A DNA stretch of 64,000 nt from Squalus acanthias (Eukaryota): the NCBI GenBank assembly GCA_030390025.1, contig CM059446.1:29884001-29948000 (forward strand). The letters run 5' to 3'. Below the pieces are notes generated by a model. The model was not told the origin of the DNA, searched no databases, and worked only from the letters and a program-made list of their open reading frames with translations. Positions 1 to 13,699 of this stretch are shown here, one piece after another; position 1 is the stretch's first letter; the number at the start of each line of letters is the position of its first letter. The position numbers and the translations under genes are program-made.

Positions 1-3000
1 AATCAGACAAGGGGTAAATCAGACGGGGGTAAATCAGACAAGGGGTAAATCAGACGGGGTTAAATCAGACAAGGGGTAAATCAGACGGGGGGTAAATCAG
101 ACAAGGGGTAAATCAGACGGGGGTAAATCAGACAAGGGGTAAATCAGACGGGGGTAAATCAGACGGGGGTAAATCAGACGGGGGTAAATCAGACAGGGGG
201 TAAATCAGACAAGGGGTATATCAGACGGGGGGTAAATCAGACGGGGGGTAAATCAGACAAAGGGTAAATCAGACAGGGGGTAAATCAGACAAAGGGTAAA
301 TCAGACGGGGGTAAATCAGACGGGGGTAAATCAGACGGGGGTAATCAGACGGGGGTAAATCAGACGGGGGTAAATCAGACGGGGGTAAATCAGACAAGGG
401 GTAAATCAGACAGGGGGTAAATCAGACGGGGGGTAAATCAGACGGGGGGTAAATCAGACGGGGGTAAATCAGACAAGGGGTAAATCAGACGGGGGGTAAA
501 TCAGACGGGGGTAAATAAGACAAGGGGTAAATCAGACAAGGGGTAAATCAGACGGGGGTAAATCAGACGGCGGTAAATCAGACGGGGGTAAATCAGACGG
601 GGGTAAATCAGATGGGGGTAAATCAGACGGGGGTAAATCAGACAAGGGGTAAATCAGACGGGGTTAAATCAGACGGGTGTAAATCAGACGGGGTTAAATC
701 AGACAAGGGGTAACTCAGACGGGGTAAATCAGACGGGGTTAAATCAGACAGGGGGTAAATCAGACGGGGTAAATCAGACGGGGGTAAAACAGACGGGGGG
801 TAAATCAGACGTGGTAAATCAGACGGGGGTAAATCAGACGGGGGTAAATCAGACGGGGTTAAATCAGACAAGGGGTAAATCAGACGGGGGTAAATCAGAC
901 AGGGGTAAATCAGATGGGGGTAAATCAGACAAGGGGTAAATCAGACGGGGGTAAATCAGACGGGGGTAAATCAGACGGGGGTAAATCAGATGGGGGTAAA
1001 TCAGACAAGGGGTAAATCAGACAAGGGGTAAATCAGACGGGGGTAAATCAGACGGGGTTAAATCAGACAAGGGGTAAATCAGACAAGGGGTAAATCAGAC
1101 GGGGGTAAATCAGATGGGGGTAAATCAGACGGGGAGTAAATCAGAGGGGGGTAAATCAGACAGGGGTAAATCAGACAAGGGGTAAATCAGATGGGGGTAA
1201 ATCAGACAAGGGGTAAATCAGACAAGGGGTAAATCAGATGGGGTAAATCAGACAGGGGGTAAATCAGACGGGGGGTAAATCAGACGGGGTTAAATCAGAC
1301 GGGGTTAAATCAGACAAGGGGTAAATCAGACGGGGGGTAAATCAGACGGGGGTAAATCAGATGGGGGTAAATCAGACAGGGGTAAATCAGACGGGGAGTA
1401 AATCAGACAGGGGGTAAATCAGACGGGGGTAAATCAGACAAGGGGTAAATCAGACGGGGAGTAAATCAGACAGGGGGTAAATCAGACGGGGGTAAATCAG
1501 ACGGGGTTAAATCAGACAAGGGGTAAATCAGACGGGGGGTAAATCAGACGGGGGTAAATCAGACGGGGGTAAATCAGACAGGGGTAAATCAGACAGGGGT
1601 AAATCAGACAAGGAGTAAATCAGACAAGGGGTAAATCAGACGGGGGTAAATCAGACAAGGGGTAAATCAGACGGGGGTAAATCAGACGGGGGGTAAATCA
1701 GACGGGGGTAAATCAGATGGGGGTAAATCAGACAAGGGGTAAATCAGACAAGGGGTAAATCAGACGGGGGGTAAATCAGACAGGGGTAAATCAGACGGGG
1801 GGTAAATCAGACGGGGGTAAATCAGACGGGGGTAAATCAGACGGGGGGTAAATCAGACGGGGGTAAATCAGACAAGGGGTAAATCAGACAGGGGTAAATC
1901 AGACGGGGGTAAATCAGACGGGGGTAAATCAGAGGGGGGTAAATCAGACGGGGGTAAATCAGACAAGGGGTAAATCAGACGGGGGGTAAATCAGACGGGG
2001 GTAAATCAGACGGGGGTAAATCAGACGGGGGTAAATCAGACAAGGGGTAAATCAGACGGGGGTAAATCAGACGGGGGTAAATCAGACAAGGGGTAAATCA
2101 GACGGGGGTAAATCAGACGGGGGTAAATCAGACGGGGTAAATCAGACGGGGGTAAATCAGACGGGGGTAAATCAGACGGGGGTAAATCAGACGGGGGGTA
2201 AATCAGATGGGGGTAAATCAGACGGGAGTAAATCAGACGGGGTTAAATCAGATGGGGGTAAATCAGACGGGGGTAAATCAGACGGGGGTAAATCAGATGG
2301 GGGTAAATCAGACGGGGTTAAATCAGACGGGGGGTAATCAGACGGGGTGGAAATCAGACTGGGGTAAATCAGACAAGGGGTAAATCAGACGGGGTAAATC
2401 AGACGGGGTTAAATCAGACAGGGGGTAAATCAGACGGGGTAAATCAGACGGGGGTAAAACAGACGGGGGGTAAATCAGACGTGGTAAATCAGACGGGGGT
2501 AAATCAGACGGGGGTAAATCAGACGGGGTTAAATCAGACAAGGGGTAAATCAGACGGGGGGAAATCAGACAAGGGTAAATCAGACGGGGGTAAATCAGAC
2601 AAGGGGTAAATCAGACGGGGGTAAATCAGACGGGGGTAAATCAGACAGGGGTAAATCAGATGGGGGTAAATCAGACAAGGGGTAAATCAGACAAGGGTAA
2701 ATCAGACGGGGTTAAATCAGACAAGGGGTAAATCAGACAAGGGGTAAATCAGACGGGGGTAAATCAGATGGGGGTAAATCAGACGGGGAGTAAATCAGAG
2801 GGGGGTAAATCAGACAGGGGTAAATCAGACAAGGGGTAAATCAGACGGGGGGTAAATCAGACGGGGGTAAATCATACGGGGGTAAATCAGAGGGGGGTAA
2901 ATCAGATGGGGGTAAATCAGACGGGGGTAAATCAGACGGGGGGTAAATCAGACGGGGGTAAATCAGACGGGGGTAAATCAGACGGGGGTAAATCAGACAA

Positions 3001-5515
3001 GGGGTAAATCAGACGGGGGGTAAATCAGACGGGGTAAATCAGACAAGGGGTAAATCAGACGGGGGTAAATCAGACGGGGGTAAATCAGACAAGGGGTAAA
3101 TCAGACGGGGGGTAAATCAGACGGGGGTAAATCAGATGGGGGTAAATCAGACAAGGGTAAATCAGACAAGGGGTAAATCAGACGGGGGGTAAATCAGACG
3201 GGGGTAAATCAGACGGGGGGTAAATCAGACGGGGGTAAATCAGACGGGGGGTAAATCAGACGGGGGTAAATCAGACAAGGGGTAAATCAGACGGGGGTAA
3301 ATCAGACGGGGGGTAAATCAGACGGGGGTAAATCAGAGGGGGGTAAATCAGACGGGGGTAAATCAGACAAGGGGTAAATCAGACGGGGGGTAAATCAGAC
3401 GGGGGTAAATCAGACGGGGGTAAATCAGACGGGGGTAAATCAGACAGGGGGTAAATCAGACGGGGGGTAAATCAGACGGGGGGTAAATCAGACGGGGGTA
3501 AATCAGACGGGGGTAAATCAGACGGGGGTAAATCAGACGGGGGTAAATCAGACAAGGGGTAAATCAGACGGGGGTAAATCAGACGGGGGTAATAAATCAG
3601 ACAAGGGGTAAATCAGACGGGGGGTAAATCAGACGGGGGTAAATCAGACGGGGGTAAATCAGACGGGGGTAAATCAGACAGGGGTAAATCAGACGGGGGG
3701 TAAATCAGACGGGGGGTAAATCAGATGGGGGTAAATCAGACGGGGGTAAATCAGACGGGGTTAAATCAGATGGGGGTAAATCAGACGGGGTAAATCAGAC
3801 AAGGGGTAAATCAGACGGGGTTAAATCAGACGGGGGGTAAATCAGACGGGGGGTAAATCAGACAGGGGTAAATCAGACGGGGTAAATCAGACGGGGGTAA
3901 ATCAGACGGGGGTAAATCAGACAGGGGTAAATCAGACGGGGGTAAATCAGACGGGGGGTAAATCAGATGGGGGTAAATCAGACGGGGGTAAATCAGACGG
4001 GGTTAAATCAGATGGGGGTAAATCAGACGGGGTAAATCAGACGGGGGTAAATCAGACGGGGTTAAATCAGACGGGGGGTAATCAGACGGGGTGGAAATCA
4101 GACGGGGGTAAATCAGACAAGGGGTAAATCAGACGGGGGGAAATCAGACGGGGGTAAATCAGAGGGGGGTAAATCAGATGGGGGTAAATCAGACGGGGGT
4201 AAATCAGACGGGGGGTAAATCAGACGGGGGTAAATCAGACGGGGGGTAAATCAGACGGGGGTAAATCAGACAAGGGGTAAATCAGACGGGGGGTAAATCA
4301 GACGGGGGTAAATCAGACAAGGTGTAAATCAGACGGGGGTAAATCAGACGGGGGTAAATCAGACAAAGGCTAAATCAGACGGGGGGTAAATCAGACGGGG
4401 GTAAATCAGACAAGGGGTAAATCAGACGGGGGTAAATCAGACGGGGGTAAATCAGACAAGGGGTAAATCAGACGGGGGGTAAATCAGACTGGGGTAAATC
4501 AGACGGGGGTAAATCAGACGGGGGGTAAATCAGACGGGGGTAAATCAGACAGGGGGTAAATCAGACGGGGGTAAATCAGACAGGGGTAAATCAGACAAGG
4601 GGTAAATCAGACGGGGGGTTAATCAGATGGGGGTAAATCAGATGGGGGTAAATCAGATGGGGGTAAATCAGACGGGGATAAATCAGACGGGGGGTAAATC
4701 AGACGGGGGTAAATCAGACGGGGGGTAAATCAGACGGGGGTAAATCAGACGGGGGGTAAATCAGACGGGGGTAAATCAGACAGGGGGTAAATCAGACGGG
4801 GTAAATCAGACGGGGGGTAAATCAGACGGGGGTAAATCAGACGGGGGTAAATCAGACGGGGTTAAATCAGAAGGGGGTAAATCAGACGGGGTTAAATCAG
4901 ACGGGGGTAAATCAGACGGGGGTAAATCAGATGGGGGTAAATCAGACGGGGGTAAATCAGACGGGCGTAAATCAGACGGGGGTAAATCAGACAAGGGGTA
5001 AATCAGACGGGGGGTAAATCAGACGGGGGTAAATCAGACAAGGGGTAAATCAGACGGGGGGTAAATCAGACGGGGTATAAATCAGACGGGGGGTAAATCA
5101 GACGGGGGGTAAATCAGACGGGGGATAAATCAGACGGGGTGTAAATCAGATGGGGGATAAATCAGACGGGGGGTAAATCAGACGGGGGTAAATCAGACAA
5201 GGGGTAAATCAGACGGGGGGTAAATCAGACGGGGGTAAATCAGACGGGGGTAAATCAGACAAGGGGTAAATCAGACGGGGGTAAATCAGACGGGGGTAAA
5301 TCAGACAAGGGGTAAATCAGACGGGGGGTAAATCAGACGGGGGTAAATCAGACGGGGGTAAATCAGACGGGGGGTAAATCAGACGGGGGTAAATCAGACA
5401 GTGGGTAAATCAGACGGGGTTAAATCAGACGGGGGTAAATCAGACAGGGGGTAAATCAGACGGGGTTAAATCAGACGGGGGGTAAATCAGACGGGGGTAA
5501 ATCAGACGCTGGTAA
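1..5515. repeat. G-rich tandem satellite, 15-16 bp unit GGGGGTAAATCAGAC (variant AAGGGGTAAATCAGAC), array 1; runs off the window start
   Basis: Hundreds of directly visible head-to-tail copies of TAAATCAGAC followed by a variable G-run. Confidence 0.98.
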
Positions 5516-6077
5516 ATCATGAGTCTGACCTGAATCCGTTGCATTCTCGCCTGGCATGTTGGGTTAGAATTGGGGACAATGTGTGCCCCATTTCCACCTA
5601 AACGCACAGATTATGTTGGTTTTACAAGGTAGACGTACTGGCATGGGACAAGAAAGGGTCAATTGGCCCATCGAACTCAAGCTAATTGGCTCTGTGGAGG
5701 AAAAAGGGGTAATTTTCCAAGTGCATTCACCAGCCTGCAATGATATTCCAACATAGGCTGAAGGGGAGCAAGGCTAACCCAAAAGGAAAAAAGTGGAATA
5801 CCAAAATAAGAACAGAACAAGTCATGTTTGAGACCTTGATTTTTGGCCAGAGGTCCTTCCTCAAACAGCCAGAAAGGCCCAGCAGCGAGAAACCAGCGGG
5901 GCTTCATTTTCACCTTGAGCGATAAACTATCAGAGCGATTCATCCGCCAGCTGTAGAATCCGCTCAACTTTTCATTTTCACTGATTTGAAAATGAAAATG
6001 GGGTTGGTCCTGTAACGGGTGTGCGTTCCACGATGATAGTTTCTGCACCCCACAGCCCCTGATTATCTGACAGTTAA

Positions 6078-9000
6078 TCTTAAATCAGATGGGGGGAAAA
6101 TCAGACGGGGGGTAAGTCAGACGGGGGGGAAATCAGACGGGGGGTAAATCAGACGGGGGTAAAGCAGACGGGGGGTAAATCAGACGGGGTGGAATCAGAC
6201 GGGGGTAAAGCAGACGGGGGGTAAATCAGACGGGGGTAAATCAGACGACGGGGAAATCAGACGGGGGTAAAGCAGACGGGGGGGGTAAGTCAGGAGCGGG
6301 GGGGGTAAGTCAGAAAAAGACGGGGGTAAGTCAGAGCAGGGGGGGAAATCAGACGTGGGGGGGGAAATCAGAACGGGGGTAAATCAGAACAGGGGGGGGG
6401 GAAATCAGATATGGGGGGGAAATAGACTGGTGTAAATCAACGGTGGTAAGTCAGACGGGGGAAATCAGACGGTGGTAAATCAGACGGGAGTAAAGTCAGA
6501 CGGGGGAAATCAGACGGGGGGTTAAGATACAGACTGGGGTAAATCAACGGGGTAAATCAGACGGGGGTAAATCATACGGGGTAAATCAGACGGGGAGCAA
6601 ATCCGACGTGGTCAGACGGGGGGAAAATCAGACCGGGGTAAATCAGACGGGGGTAAATCAGACGGGGAGTAAATCAGACGGGGAGTAAATCAGACGGGGG
6701 TAAATCAGACGGGGGTAAATCAGACGGGGGTAAATCAGACGGGGGTAAATCAGACGGGGGTAAATCAGACGGGGAGTAAATCAGACGGGGGTAAATCAGA
6801 CGGGGGTAAATCAGACGGGGAGTAAATCAGACGGGGAGTAAATCAGACGGGGGTAAATCAGACAAGGGGTAAATCAGACGGGGAGTAAATCAGACGGGGG
6901 GTAAATCAGACGGGGAGAAAATCAGACGGGGGTAAATCACACGGGGAGTAAATCAGACGGGGAGTAAATCAGACGGGGTAAATCAGACAAGGGGTAAATC
7001 AGACGGGGAGTAAATCAGACGGGGGTAAATCAGACAGGGGGTAAATCAGACGGGGGGTAAATCAGACAAGGGGTAAATCAGACGGGGAGTAAATCAGACA
7101 AGGGGTAAATCAGACGGGGGTAAATCAGACGGGGTTAATCAGACGGGGGTAAATCAGACGGGGAGTAAATCAGACGGGGAGTAAATCAGACGGGGGTAAA
7201 TCAGACGGGGAGTAAATCAGACAGGGAGTAAATCAGACAAGGGGAAAATCAGACGGGGGGTAAATCAGACAAGGGGTAAATCAGACGGGGAGTAAATCAG
7301 ACAAGGGGTAAATCAGACAAGGGGTAAATCAGACGGGGGTAAATCAGACGGGGGGTAAATCAGACGGGGGTAAATCAGACAGGGGTAAATCAGACGGGGA
7401 GTAAATCAGACAAGGGGTAAATCAGACGGGGGTAAATCAGACGGGGGTAAATCAGACAAGGGGTAAATCAGACGGGGAGTAAATCAGACAGGGGTAAATC
7501 AGACGGGAGTAAATCAGACGGGGGTAAATCAGACGGGGAGTAAGTCAGACAAGGGGTAAATCAGACGGGGGGTAAATCAGACGGGGGGTAAATCAGACGG
7601 GGAGTAAATCAGACGGGAGTAAATCAGATGGGGGTAAATGAGACGGGGGGTAAATCAGACGGGGGTAAATCAGACGGGGTAAATCAGACGGGGGTAAATC
7701 AGACGGGGAGTAAATCAGACAAGGGGTAAATCAGACGGGGGGTAAATCAGACAAGGGGTAAATCAGACAAGGGGTAAATCAGACGGGGGTAAATCAGACG
7801 GGGGTAAATCAGACGGGGGTAAATCAGACGGGGGTAAATCAGACAGGGGGTAAATCAGACAAGGGGTAAATCAGACAAGGGGTAAATCAGACGGGGGTAA
7901 ATCAGACAAGGGGTAAATCAGACGGGGGTAAATCAGACGGGGGTAAATCAGACGGGGGTAAATCAGACAGGGGGTAAATCAGACAGGGGGTAAATCAGAC
8001 AAGGGGTAAATCAGACGGGGGTAAATCAGACGGGGGTAAATCAGACGGGGGTAAATCAGACGGGGGTAAATCAGACAGGGGATAAATCAGACAAGGGGTA
8101 AATCAGACGGGGGTAAATCAGACAAGGGGTAAATCAGACAGGGGGTAAATCAGACAAGGGGTAAATCAGACGGGGGGTAAATCAGACGGGGGTAAATCAG
8201 ATGGGGGTAAATCAGACGGGGGTAAATCAGATGGGGGTAAATCAGACGGGGGTAAATCAGACGGGGGTAAATCAGACGGGGTAAATCAGACAAGGGGTAA
8301 ATCAGACGGGGGTAAATCAGACGGGGGTAAATCAGACGGGGGTAAATCAGACGGGGGTAAATCAGACGGGGGTAAATCAGACGGGGGTAAATCAGACAAG
8401 GGGTAAATCAGACAAGGGGTAAATCAGACGGGGGTAAATCAGACGGGGGTAAATCAGACGGGGGTAAATCAGACGGGGGTAAATCAGACAGGGGGTAAAT
8501 GAGACAAGGGGTAAATCAGACGGGGGTAAATGAGACAAGGGGTAAATCAGACAGGGGGTAAATCAGACAAGGGGTAAATCAGACAGGGGGTAAATGAGAC
8601 AAGGGGTAAATCAGACGGGTTAAATCAGACGGGGGTAAATCAGACGGGGGTAAATCAGACAAGGGGTAAATCAGATGGGGGTAAATCAGACAAGGGGTAA
8701 ATCAGACGGGGGTAAATCAGACAAGGGGTAAATCAGACAGGGGTAAATCAGATGGGGGTAAATCAGACGGGGGTAAATCAGACAGGGGGTAAATCAGACA
8801 GGGGGTAAATCAGACGGGGGTAAATCAGACAAGGGGTAAATCAGACGGGGGTAAATCAGACAAGGGGTAAATCAGACGGGGGTAAATCAGACGGGGGTAA
8901 ATCAGACAGGGGGTAAATCAGACAGGGGGTAAATCAGACAAGGGGTAAATCAGACGGGGGTAAATCAGACAGGGGGTAAATCAGACAGGGGGTAAATCAG

Positions 9001-11933
9001 ATGGGGTAAATCAGACGGGGGGTAAATCAGACGGGGGTCAATCAGACGGGGGTAAATCAGACGGGGGTAAATCAGACGGGGGTAAATCAGACGGGGGGTA
9101 AATCAGACGGGGGTAAATCAGACAAGCTGTAAATCAGACGGGGGTAAATCAGACAAGGGGTAAATCAGACGGGGGTAAATCAGACGGGGAGTAAATCAGA
9201 CAAGGGGTAAATCAGACGGGGGTAAATCAGACGGGGAGTAAATCAGACGGGGGGTAAATCAGACGGGGAGTAAATCAGACGGGGGTAAATCAGACAAGGG
9301 GTAAATCAGACGGGGAGTAAATCAGACGGGGAGTAAATCAGACGGGGAGTAAATCAGACGGGGGTAAATCAGACGGGGAGTAAATCAGACGGGGGTAAAT
9401 CAGACGGGGGTAAATCAGACGGGGAGTAAATCAGACGGGGGTAAATCAGACGGGGGTAAATCAGACGGGGAGTAAATCAGACGGGGAGTAAATCAGACGG
9501 GGGTAAATCAGACAAGGGGTAAATCAGACGGGGAGTAAATCAGACGGGGGTAAATCAGACGGGGAGTAAATCAGACGGGGGTAAATCACACGGGGAGTAA
9601 ATCAGACGGGGAGTAAATCAGACGGGGGTAAATCAGACGGGGGTAAATCAGACAGGGGGTAAATCAGACGGGGGGTAAATCAGACAAGGGGTAAATCAGA
9701 CGGGGAGTAAATCAGACAAGGGGTAAATCAGACGGGGGTAAATCAGACGGGGTTAATCAGACGGGGGTAAATCAGACGGGGAGTAAATCAGACGGGGAGT
9801 AAATCAGACAGGGGGTAAATCAGACAAGGGGAAAATCAGACGGGGGGTAAATCAGACAAGGGGTAAATCAGACGGGGAGTAAATCAGACAAGGGGTAAAT
9901 CAGACGGGGTAAATCAGACGGGGGTAAATCAGACGGGGGTAAATCAGACGGGGGTAAATCAGACGGGGAGTAAATCAGACAAGGGTAAATCAGACAAGGG
10001 GTAAATCAGACGGGGGTAAATCAGACGGGGGGTAAATCAGACGGGGGTAAATCTGACAGGGGTAAATCAGACGGGGAGTAAATCAGACGGGGGGTAAATC
10101 AGACAAGGGGTAAGTCAGACAAGGGGTAAATCAGACGGGGGGTAAATCAGACGGGGGGTAAATCAGACGGGGGTAAATCAGACGGGGAGTAAATCAGACG
10201 GGAGTAAATCAGATGGGGGTAAATGAGACGGGGGTAAATCAGACGGGGGTAAATCAGACGGGGGTAAATCAGATGGGGGTAAATCAGACGGGGAGTAAAT
10301 CAGACAAGGGGTAAATCAGACGGGGGGTAAATCAGACAAGGGGTAAATCAGACAAGGGGTAAATCAGACGGGGGTAAATCAGACGGGGGTAAATCAGACG
10401 GGGGTAAATCAGACGGGGGTAAATCAGACGGGGGTAAATCAGACAGGGGGTAAATTAGACAAGGGGTAAATCAGACAAGGGGTAAATCAGACGGGGGTAA
10501 ATCAGACAGGGGGTAAATCAGACAGGGGGTAAATCAGACGGGGGTAAATCAGACAAGGGGTAAATCAGACGGGGGTAAATCAGACAAGGGGTAAATCAGA
10601 CAAGGGGTAAATCAGACGGGGGTAAATCAGACAAGGGGTAAATCAGACGGGGAGTAAATCAGACAAGGGGTAAATCAGACAGTGGGTAAATCAGACAGGG
10701 GGTAAATCAGACAGGGGGTAAATCAGACAGGGGGTAAATCAGACGGGGGTAAATCAGACAAGGGGTAAATCAGACAAGGGGTAAATCAGACGGGGAGTAA
10801 ATCAGACGGGGGTAAATCAGACAAGGGGTAAATCAGACAAGGGGTAAATCAGACAAGGGGTAAATCAGACGGGGGTAAATCAGACAAGGGGTAAATCAGA
10901 CGGGGAGTAAATCAGACGGGGGTAAATCAGACGGGGGTAAATCAGACGGGGAGTAAACCAGACGGGGAGTAAATCAGACGGGGGTAAATCAGACGGGGGT
11001 AAATCAGACGGGGAGTAAATCAGACGGGGGTAAATCAGACGGGGGTAAATCAGACAAGGGGTAAATCAGACAAGGGGTAAATCAGACGGGGAGTAAATCA
11101 GACGGGGAGTAAATCAGACGGGGGTAAATCAGACGGGGAGTAAATCAGACGGGGGTAAATCAGACAAGGGGTAAATCAGACGGGGAGTAAATCAGACGGG
11201 GGTAAATCAGACGGGGAGTAAACCAGACGGGGAGTAAATCAGACGGTGGTAAATCAGACGGGGGTAAATCAGACGGGGAGTAAATCAGACGGGGGTAAAT
11301 CAGACGGGGGTAAATCAGACGGGGGGTAAATCAGACAAGGGGTAAATCAGACGGGGGTAAATCAGACGGGGGTAAGTCAGACGGGGGGTAAATCAGACGG
11401 TGGGGTAAATCAGACGGGGGTAAATCAGACGGGGGGTAAATCAGATAGGGAGTAAATCAGACGGGGGTAAATCAGACGGGGTAAATCAGACGGGGGGTAA
11501 ATCAGACAGGGAGTAAATCAGACGGGGGTAAATCAGACGGTGGGGTAAATCAGACGGGGGTAAATCAGACGGGGGTAAATCAGACAAGGGGTAAATCAGA
11601 CAGGGAGTAAATCAGACGGGGGTAAATCAGACGGGAGTAAATCAGACGGGGGTAAATCAGACAGGGGGTAAATCAGACGGGGGTAAGTCAGACGGGGGGG
11701 GTAAATCAGACGGGGGGGTAAATCAGATGGGGGTAAATCAGACAGGGAGTAAATCAGACGGGTGTAAGTCAGACGGGGGGAAATCAGACGGAGGGTAAAT
11801 CAGACAGGGGGTAAATCAGACGGGGGTAAGTCAGACGGGGGTAAGTCAGACAGGGGGTAAATCAGACGTGGGGAAATCAGACGGGGGTAAGTCAGACGGG
11901 GGGAAATCAGACGGAGGGTAAATCAGACGGGGA
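6078..11933. repeat. Same satellite, array 2, enriched in the GGGGAGTAAATCAGAC variant
   Basis: Directly visible; degenerate units at about 6080-6630, ends at ...AATCAGACGGGGAATTTACTGCCC. Confidence 0.98.
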
Positions 11934-12040
11934 ATTTACTGCCCAAGTGAAGGTGAAATTCTCTCCCACATCACTGCCGGGTCGAGCAGTCAGATCACTC
12001 ATGGACATAAAACACAGTGCCTTCTCGAACCGGTGGCAAC

Positions 12041-12938
12041 ATTTATACACAGACCCGGCCAGCCCCGATCACAGTCTGTATTTATACACAGACCCGGCCA
12101 GCCCCGATCACAGTCTGTATTTATACACAGACCCGGCCAGCCCCGATCACAGTCTGTATTTATACACAGACCCGGCCAGCCCCGATCACAGTCTGTATTT
12201 ATACACAGACCCGGCCAACTCCGATCACAGTCTGTATTTATACACAGACCCGGCCAGCCCCGATCACAGTCTGTATTTATACACAGACCCGGCCAGCCCC
12301 GATCACAGTCTGTATTTATACACAGACCCGGCCAGCCCCGATCACAGTCTGTATTTATACACAGACCCGGCCAGCCCCGATCACAGTCTGTATTTATACA
12401 CAGACCCGGCCAACTCCGATCACAGTCTGTATTTATACACAGACCCGGCCAGCCCCGATCACAGTCTGTATTTATACACAGACCCGGCCAGCCCCGATCA
12501 CAGTCTGTATTTATACACAGACCCGGCCAGCCCCGATCACAGTCTGTATTTATACACAGACCCGGCCAGCCCCGATCACAGTCTGTATTTATACACAGAC
12601 CCGGCCAGCCCCGATCACAGTCTGTATTTATACACAGACCCAGCCAACTCCGATCACAGTCTGTATTTATACACAGACCCGGCCAGCTCCGATCACAGTC
12701 TGTATTTATACACAGACCCGGCCAGCCCCGATCACAGTCTGTATTTATACACAGACCCGGCCAGCCCCGATCACAGTCTGTATTTATACACAGACCCGGC
12801 CAGCCCCGATCACAGTCTGTATTTATACACAGACCCGGCCAGCCCCGATCACAGTCTGTATTTATACACAGACCCAGCCAACTCCGATCACAGTCTGTAT
12901 TTATACACAGACCCGGCCAGCTCCGATCACAGTCTGTA
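12041..12938. repeat. 39-bp minisatellite (VNTR), 23 copies of TATTTATACACAGACCCGGCCAGCCCCGATCACAGTCTG
   Basis: Directly visible; the 13-aa periodicity in the three overlapping + ORFs reflects the 39-bp unit. Confidence 0.97.
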
Positions 12939-13089
12939 CTTTGTTCTGGGCTGAAGATAAGGTCACATTATTGCTCAGTACCAACGTTAAGCTCTCTCTC
13001 CCCTAACGATCTATCAGGACTCTGGTTCACATTGTAACTGATCCCACTACAATCCGCCGTTACGGTAAAACCGATGTATCGACACTCAC

Positions 13090-13267
13090 CAAGCCTGGGC
13101 GATGTGATGGTGTTGACATTGATATTTTCATTGCAGGGTTTCTGGTGGCATTGCTTGTAAGCTGGTGGTCTGGTTAAAGATGGGCATTCATTGCCGTGGC
13201 GACCAGTGATTCTGTGCATACACTGAACCACTCGTGACTGAAGGCCCTTGCCACATGTAGAGGAACA
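13090..13267 (-). CDS. ADAMTS17: Internal coding exon (178 bp) of an ADAMTS17/ADAMTS19-type metalloprotease: last TSP1 repeat preceding the PLAC domain
   Basis: Encodes [59 protein letters not shown], matching the recalled C-terminal TSR and NTITSPRL motif of ADAMTS17/19. Canonical acceptor ttgcag|TGT and donor CTTG|gtgagt on the minus strand. [15 protein letters not shown] favours ADAMTS17, but ADAMTS19 cannot be excluded. Confidence 0.8.
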
Positions 13268-13509
13268 CTGCAACAACACCAGCACAGAGGGTCAGTAGCA
13301 GTAAGTTACTCACACTCAACAATATTTATATATTATAACTCCTGAATAGGCAATGAAGAGACCGGTGACATCTTCAAAATTTAGAAAACAATTTGCCTTT
13401 GTGAGTGAATCTTTATTTACAATTGCCTTAAAAATAGGGAAATTTTATTTGACAAAAGACAATTTTGGAAGAGCCGATATAAAATGTATTTTCACTGCTC
13501 CGTGTTAGT

Positions 13510-13699
13510 GGGGAGATTTTACAAGTCCATACTTCCAGTGCAGGGCCTTGGGCAGCGGGAATGCCGAGTGGGTCAGTGTTTGTTTTTTCTTTCCTGACTG
13601 TTGCAAAACCTGGAGTTTTTTTTTAAAGAGACTTTACACCGTTCCCGATACCCGCTCACAAGGCTCTGCGTCCAAATGGTGAATTTGTAAAACCTCCTC
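13510..13699. mobile_element. Possible short MITE relic
   Basis: Imperfect terminal inverted repeat GGGGAGATTTTACAAG / TTTGTAAAACCTCCTC; no clean TSD. Confidence 0.35.

Noticed and set aside
638-4994. SDLPP-repeat ORFs
   Set aside because: Chance translation of the satellite.
1-11933. Telomeric repeat
   Set aside because: The unit is not TTAGGG.
11947-13037. Three overlapping ORFs of about 330 aa; CRISPR-like appearance
   Set aside because: A stop-free 39-bp tandem unit opens all three frames; there are no unique spacers or cas genes, and the DNA is vertebrate.
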